Source: Ruminiclostridium sp. (lineage in GTDB: Bacteria > Bacillota > Clostridia > Acetivibrionales > DTU013). Taken from it: a stretch of 34,846 nt of DNA. The stretch is taken from positions 1 to 34,846 of the forward strand of contig VEPD01000380.1 of the NCBI GenBank assembly GCA_012027035.1, written 5' to 3'. Below are positions 9,671 to 20,258 of this stretch, piece by piece. The notes under the pieces are model-generated. The model was given only the letters and a program-made list of their open reading frames with translations. It was not told the origin of the DNA and searched no databases. The first letter of the stretch is position 1. Every line of letters begins with the position of its first letter. A program made the translations under genes and the position numbers.

Positions 9671-12496
9671 ATGAGTCAAATCAAAAAGGATGTCGGATAT
9701 GTCGTACCCCATACGCACTGGGACCGGGAATGGCGTTATCCCATCTGGCAGAGCAGACTGCTGTTGGTGGATTTTATGGACAGGCTGCTAAAAATCCTTG
9801 ATAGCGATTCGGACTACAGGTCTTTTGTACTTGACGGACAGAGTGTGGTTGTTGAAGATTACCTGGAAGTAAGGCCTGAAAAGAAAGATAAGATTATTGA
9901 ATATGTGAAGCAGGGAAGGATATCCACAGGTCCCTGGTATACGCTTCCCGACCTCTATCCTGTGGATGGAGAATGCCTGGTAAGAAACCTTTTGAAAGGG
10001 ATAAGATATTCCGATAGCCTGGGAGGACATCTCAAGGTGGGCTACAACTCTTTCGGATGGGGTCAGACCGCCCAGTTTCCGCAGATTTATCTGGGCTTCG
10101 GCATAGACATGGCGATTGCCGCCAAGTATGTGTCCAAAGGCAGGGCGCCGCAGTGCGAATATATCTGGGAAGCCCCCGACGGGTCCAGGATACTTTGTAC
10201 CCGCATGGGAGAGCATGCAAGAGCTAACTTTTTTATGAATGCGCATATTCCCATCCTTTACGGATTTCAGTACTTATCCTCGAAATACCGTTTTGACTGG
10301 AACAGGACGGGGACTGTATTCCACCAGGCGGATGCAAGCCATGCGGTACAAGACCATTTTCTGCTCAAGGGCAATGAATATATTCATGAAGAAATGATCT
10401 GTGAGGCTGTACAAAAGGCATGGGAAGCCATGAATGACACCATACTGAAAAACCACCGGCTGTTGATGGATGGGAGCGACTCTTCCACACCGCAGCCAAT
10501 GCTTACTGAAATCATACGTTTAGCTAACGGAATATCCGGAGGACGGGAATTGGTCCATTCAACCCTTGAGGAATATATGGCAAGGCTGAAAGAGGAACTG
10601 CCTTTAAATTCTCTTTGCACAGTAAAGGGTGAACTCCGCGACGGCCCTGCATCTGCCTGTTCCGGTAATGCGCTTGCCACACGGTCATATATCAAACGCC
10701 TCAACCGGAAAGCCCAGAGCATGTTGATTAAAGCAGCGGAACCTCTTTCGGCGATGGTCTCTCTGCTGGGGTGTGAATACAGGAAAAGCTTTATTGATAT
10801 TGCATGGAAAAATCTGCTTCAATCCCAGGCCCATGATTCCATTAACGGCGTCACCCAGGACAAGACGGCAGAGGATACGGTGAACAGGTTGAACCAGGTG
10901 CTTGAGATATCGGATGTGGTTACAAGCCAGGTCCTTGGCGAACTGACCGGGAGGATTGATACTACCTTTCTTGGGGATAAGGATGCTGCGCTGGTAGTGC
11001 TAAATACGTCTGCATTCCGGCGCTCCGAGATAGTATGCGTGTTTGTGGACTTCCCTCAAGAGTTCAATGTCTGGGACTTTGAGGTGACAGACAGTGAAGG
11101 GCGCTTAATAGATAAGCAATTGCTTTCAAGGAAGGAAAAAGTAGTACCGGTCCATGACCTGAATACAAGGCCCTGGCCCTTCTATACTGACAGGTACTGT
11201 TTTCTGCTGGATACAGGTAAGATACCCGCCTGCGGATATAGGACCTTCAAGTTGTCTTCTACAAAAACCTTCAACCGGAACGGTGTTTTCTGGGCGGATA
11301 TGCGGACGTCAAAAGGCGGGGATATATCCAGGGTACCCAATACATTGGAAAATGAGTACCTTAAAGCGACAGTCCATGCTGACGGTACTGTAAGCCTGCT
11401 TGACAAGGAAACGGCAATCTGTTATCGGAACCTGAATTATTTTGAGGATACGGGAGACTGCGGAGATTACTGGGTGTATTATCCTCCCTATAAAAACCGT
11501 ACATATTATAGTAAGGGCTGCAATGCGGAGTTCTGGATGGAAGAGAACGGCCTCCTATCCGCAACTATCTGCGCTAAACTGGCAATGAGAGTGCCGGTAA
11601 GGTCTGAACGGCCTGAAAGCGGCATAGGCAGTGAAAGCAGCCGAAGTATGGAAACAGTTGAAATTCCCATAACCGTAAGATATACCTTGAAGCGTGGAGC
11701 AAGAAAGCTGGAGGTATTGCTGCAGGTGGAAAACCGTGCCGAGGACCACCGGATGCGTGTGATGTTCGATACCGGAATACATGCGGAAAAATCTGAGGCG
11801 GAAGGGCATTTTACTGTTGACAGGCGGCCGGTCAAGCCTGCAAGAGATGAAAAGGCCGGATACTATCCTGAAATGCAGACGTTGCCGCTGCAGAGGTTTG
11901 TCGGGCTCAACGACGGAAACATAGGCTTTGCCTTACTGAGCAATAGTTTGTTTGAATACGAGGCTATGGACAATGAAGCAGGAACCCTGGCCCTTACCCT
12001 GTTCAGAAGCGTCAGGAACATCATATGCACCGAATTTCGGTCGGCGGGGGTTTTCCCCCAACAAAAGGGCGGGCAGTCGTTGGGTATGCAGGAGTTCGAA
12101 TATGCCCTCTATCCCCATAAACGTGACCTGATTGCTGATGGTGTTTACGCCGAAAGCGAAAGACTGGAGGTACCGTTGAGAATAGCGCAGACCAACCGGC
12201 ACAACGGAAGCCTGCCGCGGGATATGTCGTTCATGGAATTACAACCGGATAACCTTGTATTAAGTGCATGGAAGCTTGCAGAAGATAGAAACTCGTATAT
12301 TTTAAGGCTTTTCAACCCCTCGGATGAATCTGTCAACGGTACGATGAGGTTCTTCAAGCCTGTTATTAAGGCGTACCTTACCAATCTGAATGAAGAAAGG
12401 CGTGATTGTCTGAAACCGTATGATGAAGGCAAGCTGCTTGAAATAACTGCCGGTTCAAATAAAATTGTAACAATTGAATTGGTTTTTGGTGAATGA
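9671..12496 (+). CDS. glycoside hydrolase family 38 alpha-mannosidase (MngB-like)
   Basis: N-terminal VVPHTHWDREWRYP and QAHDSINGV motifs; ~940 aa. GGAGG at 9660-9664 favours ATG 9671 (MSQIKK) over the tracked ATG 9665. Confidence 0.85.
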   Translation: MSQIKKDVGYVVPHTHWDREWRYPIWQSRLLLVDFMDRLLKILDSDSDYRSFVLDGQSVVVEDYLEVRPEKKDKIIEYVKQGRISTGPWYTLPDLYPVDGECLVRNLLKGIRYSDSLGGHLKVGYNSFGWGQTAQFPQIYLGFGIDMAIAAKYVSKGRAPQCEYIWEAPDGSRILCTRMGEHARANFFMNAHIPILYGFQYLSSKYRFDWNRTGTVFHQADASHAVQDHFLLKGNEYIHEEMICEAVQKAWEAMNDTILKNHRLLMDGSDSSTPQPMLTEIIRLANGISGGRELVHSTLEEYMARLKEELPLNSLCTVKGELRDGPASACSGNALATRSYIKRLNRKAQSMLIKAAEPLSAMVSLLGCEYRKSFIDIAWKNLLQSQAHDSINGVTQDKTAEDTVNRLNQVLEISDVVTSQVLGELTGRIDTTFLGDKDAALVVLNTSAFRRSEIVCVFVDFPQEFNVWDFEVTDSEGRLIDKQLLSRKEKVVPVHDLNTRPWPFYTDRYCFLLDTGKIPACGYRTFKLSSTKTFNRNGVFWADMRTSKGGDISRVPNTLENEYLKATVHADGTVSLLDKETAICYRNLNYFEDTGDCGDYWVYYPPYKNRTYYSKGCNAEFWMEENGLLSATICAKLAMRVPVRSERPESGIGSESSRSMETVEIPITVRYTLKRGARKLEVLLQVENRAEDHRMRVMFDTGIHAEKSEAEGHFTVDRRPVKPARDEKAGYYPEMQTLPLQRFVGLNDGNIGFALLSNSLFEYEAMDNEAGTLALTLFRSVRNIICTEFRSAGVFPQQKGGQSLGMQEFEYALYPHKRDLIADGVYAESERLEVPLRIAQTNRHNGSLPRDMSFMELQPDNLVLSAWKLAEDRNSYILRLFNPSDESVNGTMRFFKPVIKAYLTNLNEERRDCLKPYDEGKLLEITAGSNKIVTIELVFGE

Positions 12497-12571
12497 TTTA
12501 GCAGAATTGGACTTTGATGAATTATTCGGTGCAGAGAAAGTGAAAATTTTCAATACAAGGAGAAGCAGAAA

Positions 12572-13714
12572 ATGGTTACAGAGATGCAGAGGGTGATTAC
12601 ACCAAAACAGAGAATGCTTAACGCCTATAAAGGTATATTTTCGGACCGTTTCCCGGTAGCGCCGGAATTCTGGTATTTCTACCCGGCCAAGGTACTCGGC
12701 GTCAGCATGCTGGAGTTTGAAAGGGAGCTGCCCTTCTGGCAGTCTCTGCAAAAAACCTTCGGGAAATTCGGAACTGAAGGGTGGGGAATAGTATTCCAGG
12801 ATGTAATTAATGAGGATATGAAAAAAACCGTAAGACTTGACAAGATTGACGGGACACGCTACAGGGAAACAACTTCGGCAGTTTTTAGGGGGCATGAGTT
12901 TATCAGTACGAAGATATTCGACCTATATGAACCTTCATGGGTGGAAAAGCATATGGTCGATAGCGAAGATGAGCTTCCGGGATGTATTGACATGCTCCTG
13001 TCGGAAAAGAACGGATTCGACTTTGATGGAATTATCAAGGCTCATACCGCCGTAGGAGAGGATTACCTGCTGGAGGTATGGATGGGTACTCCGTTTTTTG
13101 ATTTTATTGCCGAAATGATCGGATTTGAAAAAGCGATCATGTATTTCATCGGTGAAGATGAGGAAATACTGGAGGGATACAGGGACAGGCTTATACAGTA
13201 TCAGAAGGAGTTTATACGCAAAGTGTGCAGGAATACTCCTTATGAGTCTTTTATGCTCGGTTGTTCATATTCCTGTAACTCTCTTATCGGACCGTCGATG
13301 TGGAGAAAATGGGATAGGCCGTATATCCAGGCTATGGCGGATGAAATCCATAAACTGGGGAAGCTGCTGCATATCCATTTTCATGGGCGTTCAATGGAAA
13401 CCGTTCAGGATTTTGCCGATATGGGCGTTGATTGCGTATGTCCGTTTGAAAGAGGCCCAGGCGGTGATGTGGATGGACTTGAAGGATTGAAAAAGGTCAG
13501 GGAGCTTTTGCGCGACAAGGTTACCATGAACGGAAATGTACACACCGTAGAGACATTAATCAGGGGTACCGCTGAAGATGTAAAACGGGAAGTCAGAGAA
13601 ATAAAGGAAGCTTTTGCAGGTTCTGCGCGAATGATTATCGGCACCGGAGATCAGGTAGGGAGGGAAACTCCCGAAGAGAATATTCTTGCAATGATAGAAG
13701 AAGCTAAAAAGTAA
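12572..13714 (+). CDS. uroporphyrinogen decarboxylase (URO-D/MtaA-like) family protein
   Basis: N-terminus ITPKQRMLNAYKGIFSDRFPVAPE, and C-terminus GNVHTVETLIRGTAEDVKREV...IIGTGDQVGRETPEENILAMIEEAKK, fit the URO-D-fold family. RBS AAGGAG 12557-12562. Confidence 0.75.
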   Translation: MVTEMQRVITPKQRMLNAYKGIFSDRFPVAPEFWYFYPAKVLGVSMLEFERELPFWQSLQKTFGKFGTEGWGIVFQDVINEDMKKTVRLDKIDGTRYRETTSAVFRGHEFISTKIFDLYEPSWVEKHMVDSEDELPGCIDMLLSEKNGFDFDGIIKAHTAVGEDYLLEVWMGTPFFDFIAEMIGFEKAIMYFIGEDEEILEGYRDRLIQYQKEFIRKVCRNTPYESFMLGCSYSCNSLIGPSMWRKWDRPYIQAMADEIHKLGKLLHIHFHGRSMETVQDFADMGVDCVCPFERGPGGDVDGLEGLKKVRELLRDKVTMNGNVHTVETLIRGTAEDVKREVREIKEAFAGSARMIIGTGDQVGRETPEENILAMIEEAKK

Positions 13715-13729
13715 AAGGGGTGTGGCGCT

Positions 13730-14419
13730 GTGGAATCGAATAATAAGAAGACAGGCAGTCTCCAATTGGAAAAGCATTATAAAGATGTAACCTTCGGGGA
13801 TATGGTGCAGATCATAGGGCTGAAGAATGTTACCATTTCTGAAGGGTCATGTATTAGTGATAATGTCTGGTTGAATGTTTGCATAAGGGATGAAAAAATC
13901 AGGATGAAGATAGGCAAATGTGTTCTTATTGGACGGCAGTCAATGATTTCAACCGGTGGGTACATGGAAATCGGAGATTTCTGTATTTTTGCCCCAAGGG
14001 TATATGTTTCGGATGCTGATCATGTCTTTGATGATGTTTATCAGCCGATATTGCAGCAGGGCGCAACATTGGAACGCAGTATCATAGTTGAAGAGAATTG
14101 CTGGTTTGGAATAAATACAGTCATTACCGGAAATATCACGGTAGGGCGGTGCAGTATTGTGGCGGCCAATTCGGTTGTAAAAAGCGATGTGCCGCCATTT
14201 TGTGTTGTGGCGGGCATACCTGCCCGTATTATTAAAATGTACAACCCGGGAACAAAAAAATGGGAGGCGGTCAGGAACGAAGATGATATAAGTAAAGCAA
14301 TAAAGATCCGCGGTGAAATAAAATTACCGGACCGTGAAGAGTATAAGAGTATTATTTCAAAAAATTCTACAATGTCACAGGTCTATCCTATTGTTGCCGG
14401 CCGTGGCGAGTGTGTATAG
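13730..14419 (+). CDS. hexapeptide-repeat (LbH) sugar O-acetyltransferase-like protein
   Basis: GTG start. Left-handed beta-helix repeats GINTVITGNITVGRCSIVAANSVVKSDVPPFCVVAGIPARIIK. Confidence 0.75.
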   Translation: MESNNKKTGSLQLEKHYKDVTFGDMVQIIGLKNVTISEGSCISDNVWLNVCIRDEKIRMKIGKCVLIGRQSMISTGGYMEIGDFCIFAPRVYVSDADHVFDDVYQPILQQGATLERSIIVEENCWFGINTVITGNITVGRCSIVAANSVVKSDVPPFCVVAGIPARIIKMYNPGTKKWEAVRNEDDISKAIKIRGEIKLPDREEYKSIISKNSTMSQVYPIVAGRGECV

Positions 14420-14437
14420 CAGAGGAGATGTTCAGAT

Positions 14438-16702
14438 ATGCCTTATGATTCGAGCTATGATTTATATTTTGATGAAGCGATTTCCAGCTGGGATGAAGCG
14501 ATTCCACTCGGGAACGGCCTGACAGGATGCCTTGTCTGGGGAGACGGAATGCCTTTGCGGTTCAGTCTCGACAGGGGGGATCTTTGGGATACAAGGCCTA
14601 CGGATGAAATTCTTGCCGAGGATTATACTTATGAGGAACTTATCAGATTGGTTCGGAATAAGGATCAGGAAGCAATTTTGAAACGGTTTGACCGTTTTTA
14701 CATGAAACCGACGCCAACCAAAATCCCCGCAGGGAAGTTAGAACTTGAATATCGATGTGAATGTAAAAACATACAAAGCAGACTAGGTTTGTCAAAAGCG
14801 GTTGCGGAAGTGAAGCTGGATTTCGGAGAAGCTTTTGCCGTCATAAAAACCTTTCTTCATGCTGCCGACAGGTTTGGAGCCATATCAATCACCGGTAATG
14901 CGGAAATCCCGGCTATAAGCTTAAAATGCCATGACTATGGAGGTATGGAAAGCGAAGAGAAAAAAGACGATAAATCGAAAAGCGGTGTACAGTTCGGAAG
15001 TCTCAGGCAATTGATGTATCCAGCGGCGCAGTTTGTTAAAGAAGGCTTACTGCAGTGGTTTGAACAAAAAACACTGGGCGGGGTTGATTTTGCAGTTATT
15101 GTTGGTCAAAAGCAATCCGGCGGCGGTAAGGCTGCTATCGTATATATAGTCGCAGCAAGTTCCGACGGACCGGACTGGTTGGAGAAAGGCAAGAGAAAAG
15201 TCCTTGACGGCTTGGAGCAAGGTTTTGAGAAGACTTTAAGCAGCCATGAAAAATGGTGGGAGGGTTTTTGGGCGAAAAGCTCCATCACATTACCTGAAAA
15301 AGAATTCGAAAAGCAATGGTATCTTACCAATTACCTGTTCGGTTCGTGTTCCAGGAAGGGCGCTCCGCCCATGCCGCTTCAAGGAGTGTGGACTGCTGAC
15401 GAAGATAGTCTTCCGCCTTGGAAAGGCGACTACCATCACGATCTCAATACACAGATGAGTTACTGGCATTATTTGAAAGCAAACCATCTTGAAGAGGGTG
15501 AATCCTTTATTGATTTTCTATGGGATCTGATACCTCAGGCAAGAAGTTTTGCCGGTGAATTTTTCGATGCGCCCGGCATATGCCTGCCTTCAGTGATGAG
15601 TATCGATGGAAAGTCTCTGGGCGGATGGTCGATGTATTCTACAAACCTTGTAAACCAGATATGGCTGTGCCAGGCTTTTGACCATTACTGGAAATATACC
15701 GGTAACGATGAATTCCTGAAGGAAAAGGCATATCCGTATTTTAAAGAGACGGCCCTTTGCATTTTAAGATGGCTGAAGCCGGGCCCGGATGGCAAATTGC
15801 TCCTCCCTCTGTCAAGTTCGCCGGAGATTCATGATAATTTAATTGAAGCATGGCTGACGCCAAACAGCAACAATGATTTGTCCTTATTGATATACCTTTT
15901 TAAGACTTTAAAGGAAATGGCAGATACTCTCCAGTTTAAGGAACACGATTTCTGGGAGGGAAAATTGAAATTATTGCCTGAGCTTTCGATCAATGAAAAG
16001 AATGTTTTAATGCTGAGCCCTGACGAATCCTTGATGGAAAGTCACAGGCATCTTGCGCATACGATGGCTGTATATCCTCTTAATTTGCTCGATTACCATT
16101 CAAGCGACAGGGACAGGGAAATAATCGATGCAACGGTTGCAAACCTTGAACTGCTTGGGAAAGGTAAATGGATAGGATTCGGTTTCACCTGGATGGCGGA
16201 GTTGTATGCCAGACAATGTAATGGAGAAGGGGCGGCTTATCATCTGAAGCTGTTCTGGGACAATTTCTGCTCTCAATACGGATTTAACCTTAATGGCGAT
16301 TATAAAAAACGCGGCGTTTCAACTTACCACTACAGGCCTTTTACTCTTGAAACAAATATGTGTGCGGCGGATGTACTGCAGGAGATGCTTCTGCAAACCT
16401 ATGGCGGCGTCATACGCGTATTTCCGGCAATTCCCTGCGATTGGAGAAGAGAAGAGGTGCGTTTTGAAGACTTCAGGGGTGAGAAAGGGGTGCTCCTGTC
16501 TGCAACGCTGGCTAAAGGTAAGCTTGAATATATCTTGTTGAAAGCTGAAAGGAAAGCGGACTTCAAAATAGAAAACAGTTTTGAGGCTGAAGAACTTACA
16601 GTCGTTAAAGATACCGGTTTATATAAAATTGCTTGTAAAAAAGGGGAGATATTTGAGGTTTCATTGGGTCAGAACGAAAAATGCAGGATATCCTGCCGGT
16701 AA
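14438..16702 (+). CDS. GH95-like glycoside hydrolase (alpha-L-fucosidase/galactosidase-type N-terminal domain)
   Basis: N-terminus SWDEAIPLGNGLTGCLVWGDG..RFSLDRGDLWD matches the GH95 N-terminal signature (W.eAlPiGNG..G..v.G...e...lN...lW). 754 aa. Confidence 0.7.
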   Translation: MPYDSSYDLYFDEAISSWDEAIPLGNGLTGCLVWGDGMPLRFSLDRGDLWDTRPTDEILAEDYTYEELIRLVRNKDQEAILKRFDRFYMKPTPTKIPAGKLELEYRCECKNIQSRLGLSKAVAEVKLDFGEAFAVIKTFLHAADRFGAISITGNAEIPAISLKCHDYGGMESEEKKDDKSKSGVQFGSLRQLMYPAAQFVKEGLLQWFEQKTLGGVDFAVIVGQKQSGGGKAAIVYIVAASSDGPDWLEKGKRKVLDGLEQGFEKTLSSHEKWWEGFWAKSSITLPEKEFEKQWYLTNYLFGSCSRKGAPPMPLQGVWTADEDSLPPWKGDYHHDLNTQMSYWHYLKANHLEEGESFIDFLWDLIPQARSFAGEFFDAPGICLPSVMSIDGKSLGGWSMYSTNLVNQIWLCQAFDHYWKYTGNDEFLKEKAYPYFKETALCILRWLKPGPDGKLLLPLSSSPEIHDNLIEAWLTPNSNNDLSLLIYLFKTLKEMADTLQFKEHDFWEGKLKLLPELSINEKNVLMLSPDESLMESHRHLAHTMAVYPLNLLDYHSSDRDREIIDATVANLELLGKGKWIGFGFTWMAELYARQCNGEGAAYHLKLFWDNFCSQYGFNLNGDYKKRGVSTYHYRPFTLETNMCAADVLQEMLLQTYGGVIRVFPAIPCDWRREEVRFEDFRGEKGVLLSATLAKGKLEYILLKAERKADFKIENSFEAEELTVVKDTGLYKIACKKGEIFEVSLGQNEKCRISCR

Positions 16703-16719
16703 AGAGGGGGACGTTAAGG

Positions 16720-19700
16720 ATGAGTCTGTTTGAAAAATACCGCTTGAAAAAAGTCATTAACGCTTCAGGTACGATGACTTCCATAGGAGCGTCAAGAGTC
16801 AGCAACCGGGTGATTAACGCAATGTCTGAGATATTACCGGAGTTTGTTGAAATCCGAGAGCTTCAGAGAGCAGCCGGCGTGTGTATTTCGAAAGCGACGG
16901 GAGCCGGGGCCGGCTGTTTAACGGCAAGTGCGGCAGCCGGTATTTCAGTTGCCGTTGCCGCCTGCATGACAGGGAGCGACCTCTATAAAATCGAAAAATT
17001 GCCTGATACCGAAGGTATGAAAAATGAAGTCATACTCCAGAAGGGCCATTCGGTGAATTTTGGCGCAAATATAGCGCAGATGATCAGATTGACCGGTGCA
17101 AAGTGTATTGAAATAGGTACGGCCACCCAGTGCGGAGGATATCAATTCAGAGGTGCGATTAGTCCCAACACTGCCGCCGCAGTATATGTTGTTTCACATC
17201 ACACTGTACAGGGCGGTATGATACGTTTGGAGGAATTTATACAAATTGCCCGGGAGCATAATATCCCTGTTATAGTAGATGCTGCATCCGAGTATGATTT
17301 AAGGGGCTTTATCGCTGCTGGAGCCGATATTGTGATATATAGCGGCCATAAATTTCTTGGTGGACCTACTTCAGGTATAATAGCAGGAAGAGAGGATATT
17401 GTAAAAGCGTGTTACTGCCAGGAAAATGGTATAGCGAGAGGCATGAAGATTGGGAAGGAAAGCATTGTCGGCGCTATGGAAGCCATCGGACAGTGGCTGG
17501 AAAGGGATGCCGCGTTAATAAGACAGGAAGAGGATAACCGGATAGAATATGCATATCAGTACTTAAAAAAAATAAAAGGCCTTTCTGTTGAATACTCGCC
17601 GGATCCTACAAATAACCCCATAACGAGGTTAAAAGTGCTGGTGAACCAGGGAGAGAGCCCTCTAACGGCGGTTGAAATATGTGATGCGTTATCAGGCGGA
17701 AACCCGTCTATAAAAGTAAGGGCTCACACTGCAGACCAGGGGTATTTTTCTCTTGACCCATGCAATTTGCTTGATGGCGAGATTCAGGTTGTGTGCAGGC
17801 GTATTTGGGAAATCATGGGAAATCTTGTTAACAAAGAGTTTTTGACAGAGAATATGGCAGATCCTAACATGCTTTCACAGCTGCGATGGCCTGGAAATGA
17901 CAAACAGACATATCTGGAACTCAATCATTCTATTGAAAAAAGAGTTGCCGATCTTCTCAACAGGATGACACTGGAAGAAAAATTACGAGAGATGAATATG
18001 TTGGGTTCAGTCGGCAGCATTATTAAAGATGGTGTATTTTCGCCTGAACTGGCGCAGCAGTTTTTTAAAGGAATGGGCATAGGCGCTGTTCAGGATCCGA
18101 GGCTTGACCCTGAGGATACGGCTGAGGTAGTCAATGAACTCCAGAGGTTTCTTATAGAAAATACACGTCTTGGAATCCCGGCATTTATCATTGCGGAAAC
18201 ACTTCATGGCGTTATGTCACCCGGAATGACGGTTTTCCCGCAGGCAATTGCATTAGCAAGCACATGGGATACCGAACTTATTAAGGAGATTGCTTCTGTT
18301 ATTGCCAAAGAAGCACGTTCAATAGGAATATCCCAGTCGCTTGCACCCGACCTTGACCTTGCAAGAGAGCCAAGATGGGGGAGGGTGGAGGAAACATACG
18401 GAGAAGACCCTTATCTGTGTGCCCGGTTTGGAGTAGAATATATTAAAGGCCTTCAAGGTGATGGATTGGTCATGGACAATGACCATATAGTAGCTACAAT
18501 AAAGCATTTTGCCGCACATGGAAGTCCCGAGGGAGGAGTTAATCTTTCCCCTGTGCCGGTGGGGGAAAGGCAGCTCAGGGAACTATATCTGCCACCGTTC
18601 AAAGCAGGTATTGCCGAAGCCGGCGCATTATGTGTAATGCCTGCATACAGCGAATTTGACGGGATACCCTGCTCAAGTTCGAAAACGTTGCTCAACGGGA
18701 TTCTTCGCGAAGAATGGGGATTCAAAGGCTATACAATTTCCGATTATTGCGCAATTGATATGCTCGTTTATATGCACCATACCGCTGTATCTTATGATCA
18801 GGCTGCAAAGCAAGCGCTTGAAGCTGGAATGGACATGGAAGCTCCGAATATAAATGCTTTTGGAGAAGGATTGAAAATGCTTGTTAAAAACAGGCAACTG
18901 CCGGAAGAATTAATTGACAGGGCAGTATCAAGGATACTCAGAGTTAAAATTTCCGCGGGTCTTTTTGAAAACCCATATATTGATACAAAAAAAATTAAAA
19001 GTACGGTAAATTGTGATACACATAAAAAACTGGCGCTAAAAGCAGCCCAGGAGTCAATTGTTTTATTGAAAAACAAGGATAACCTGTTGCCGCTGGATAA
19101 AAATATTGAGTCTATTGCCGTTATTGGTCCTAATGCAGACGTTGCACAGCTGGGGGATTATTGTCTGGAAAAGGAAGACGCCGTTTCATTGCTTCAAGGT
19201 ATCACCAGCAGAATTGCTTCGAAAACAAGGTTGTCTTTTGCAAAAGGCTGCGGTATATATGAATTGTCAAAAGACAGGTTTGATGAAGCCATCGAAGCGG
19301 CCAGGAATGCAAAAGCAGCAATTATAGCTGTTGGGGGTTCCAGCATGATGGATTATGGTATGGGTTGGGGACAGGACAGCGGCAATATTAAAACCTGTGG
19401 AGAAGGATTCGACGTTACCGACCTTGGGCTGCCGGGAGTTCAGCAACAGCTGGTAGAGGCAGTAATAAGTACAGGGACACCGACAATAGTAGTTCTTATG
19501 GATGGGAGACCTTCCAGCATTCCATGGATAGCTGAAAACGCTTCTGCTGTTATTGAAGCATGGTATGCAGGTGAAGAGGGAGGGAATGCACTGGCGGATA
19601 TAATCTTCGGAAATGTCAACCCCTCCGGCAGGTTAACCGTTTCTTTCCCGAAAACGGTTGGCCAGACACCCGTTTATTACAATTATAAGCCTTCTGCAAG

Positions 19701-20139
19701 AGGATTCTACAAAAAGCCCGGTTCTCCTGAAAGCCCAGGTAGAGACTATGTATTTATGGACACAAAACCTCTTTTTGAATTTGGATTCGGGCTTAACTAT
19801 ACGGAATTTGAGTATTCGGACTTAAAAATATGGCCTGAAAAAATCGGATGCGACGGCAAGACGGCAGTTAGCGTAAAAGTCAGGAATATTGGTAAACGCG
19901 AAGGCAAGGAAGTTGTCCAGTTATATGTGAATGATGTGGTAAGCAGTGTGACAACTCCGGTGAAAGCGCTTAAAGGGTTTATGAAAATAAATCTGAAACC
20001 CGGCGAAGAGAAGGAGGTTGCTTTTGAATTGGGTTTCGAAGAACTTTCGTTGCTAAATGAGCAAATGGTACCTGTTATAGAACCCGGAGAATTTGAGGTT
20101 ATAGTGGGGAATCTCAGCGCCAGGTTTGAGGTGGAATAG
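16720..20139 (+). CDS. single-ORF fusion: DgaE/SelA-like PLP-dependent ammonia-lyase/aminotransferase domain (N) + GH3 beta-glucosidase with Fn3-like C-terminus
   Basis: N part: MSLFEKYRLKKVINASGTMTSIGAS.. and the PLP-lysine motif YSGHKFLGGPTSGII. C part: IEKRVADLLNRMTLEEKL, KHFAAHGSPEGG, GFKGYTISDY. There is no stop codon between the two parts, read directly at 17780-17950. Start moved to ATG 16720 (RBS AGAGGGGG 16703-16710) instead of ATG 16681, which overlaps the upstream gene. Confidence 0.8.
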   Translation: MSLFEKYRLKKVINASGTMTSIGASRVSNRVINAMSEILPEFVEIRELQRAAGVCISKATGAGAGCLTASAAAGISVAVAACMTGSDLYKIEKLPDTEGMKNEVILQKGHSVNFGANIAQMIRLTGAKCIEIGTATQCGGYQFRGAISPNTAAAVYVVSHHTVQGGMIRLEEFIQIAREHNIPVIVDAASEYDLRGFIAAGADIVIYSGHKFLGGPTSGIIAGREDIVKACYCQENGIARGMKIGKESIVGAMEAIGQWLERDAALIRQEEDNRIEYAYQYLKKIKGLSVEYSPDPTNNPITRLKVLVNQGESPLTAVEICDALSGGNPSIKVRAHTADQGYFSLDPCNLLDGEIQVVCRRIWEIMGNLVNKEFLTENMADPNMLSQLRWPGNDKQTYLELNHSIEKRVADLLNRMTLEEKLREMNMLGSVGSIIKDGVFSPELAQQFFKGMGIGAVQDPRLDPEDTAEVVNELQRFLIENTRLGIPAFIIAETLHGVMSPGMTVFPQAIALASTWDTELIKEIASVIAKEARSIGISQSLAPDLDLAREPRWGRVEETYGEDPYLCARFGVEYIKGLQGDGLVMDNDHIVATIKHFAAHGSPEGGVNLSPVPVGERQLRELYLPPFKAGIAEAGALCVMPAYSEFDGIPCSSSKTLLNGILREEWGFKGYTISDYCAIDMLVYMHHTAVSYDQAAKQALEAGMDMEAPNINAFGEGLKMLVKNRQLPEELIDRAVSRILRVKISAGLFENPYIDTKKIKSTVNCDTHKKLALKAAQESIVLLKNKDNLLPLDKNIESIAVIGPNADVAQLGDYCLEKEDAVSLLQGITSRIASKTRLSFAKGCGIYELSKDRFDEAIEAARNAKAAIIAVGGSSMMDYGMGWGQDSGNIKTCGEGFDVTDLGLPGVQQQLVEAVISTGTPTIVVLMDGRPSSIPWIAENASAVIEAWYAGEEGGNALADIIFGNVNPSGRLTVSFPKTVGQTPVYYNYKPSARGFYKKPGSPESPGRDYVFMDTKPLFEFGFGLNYTEFEYSDLKIWPEKIGCDGKTAVSVKVRNIGKREGKEVVQLYVNDVVSSVTTPVKALKGFMKINLKPGEEKEVAFELGFEELSLLNEQMVPVIEPGEFEVIVGNLSARFEVE

Positions 20140-20227
20140 AGAGTAAGGATAGTTTGTGTAAAAATTGTTTATACAAAGATAATAACAGTTTGTACAAATT
20201 CAAGTTGACTTTTCTAAAGCATAATAT
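20108..20227. repeat. left copy of the long direct repeat flanking the IS (contains the last ~32 nt of the GH3 CDS plus 88 nt downstream)
   Basis: ggaatctcagcgccaggtttgaggtggaatagagagtaagg...ttgacttttctaaagcataatat recurs at 22227-22344 with 3 substitutions and 2 single-nt indels (hand alignment). Confidence 0.9.
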
Positions 20228-20258
20228 CTTGACTTTTACAGCACAAGACAAAAAAATC

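Noticed and set aside
16681-16719. Tracked upstream starts that extend ORFs into the preceding gene or intergenic DNA: 16681 for the fusion gene, 31015 for permease 2, 26962 for the carrier protein, 25406 for the nucleotidyltransferase, 9665 for GH38.
   Set aside because: In each case a downstream start has a properly spaced GGAGG-like RBS, and the extra residues are not part of the recognisable domain. The starts were adjusted.
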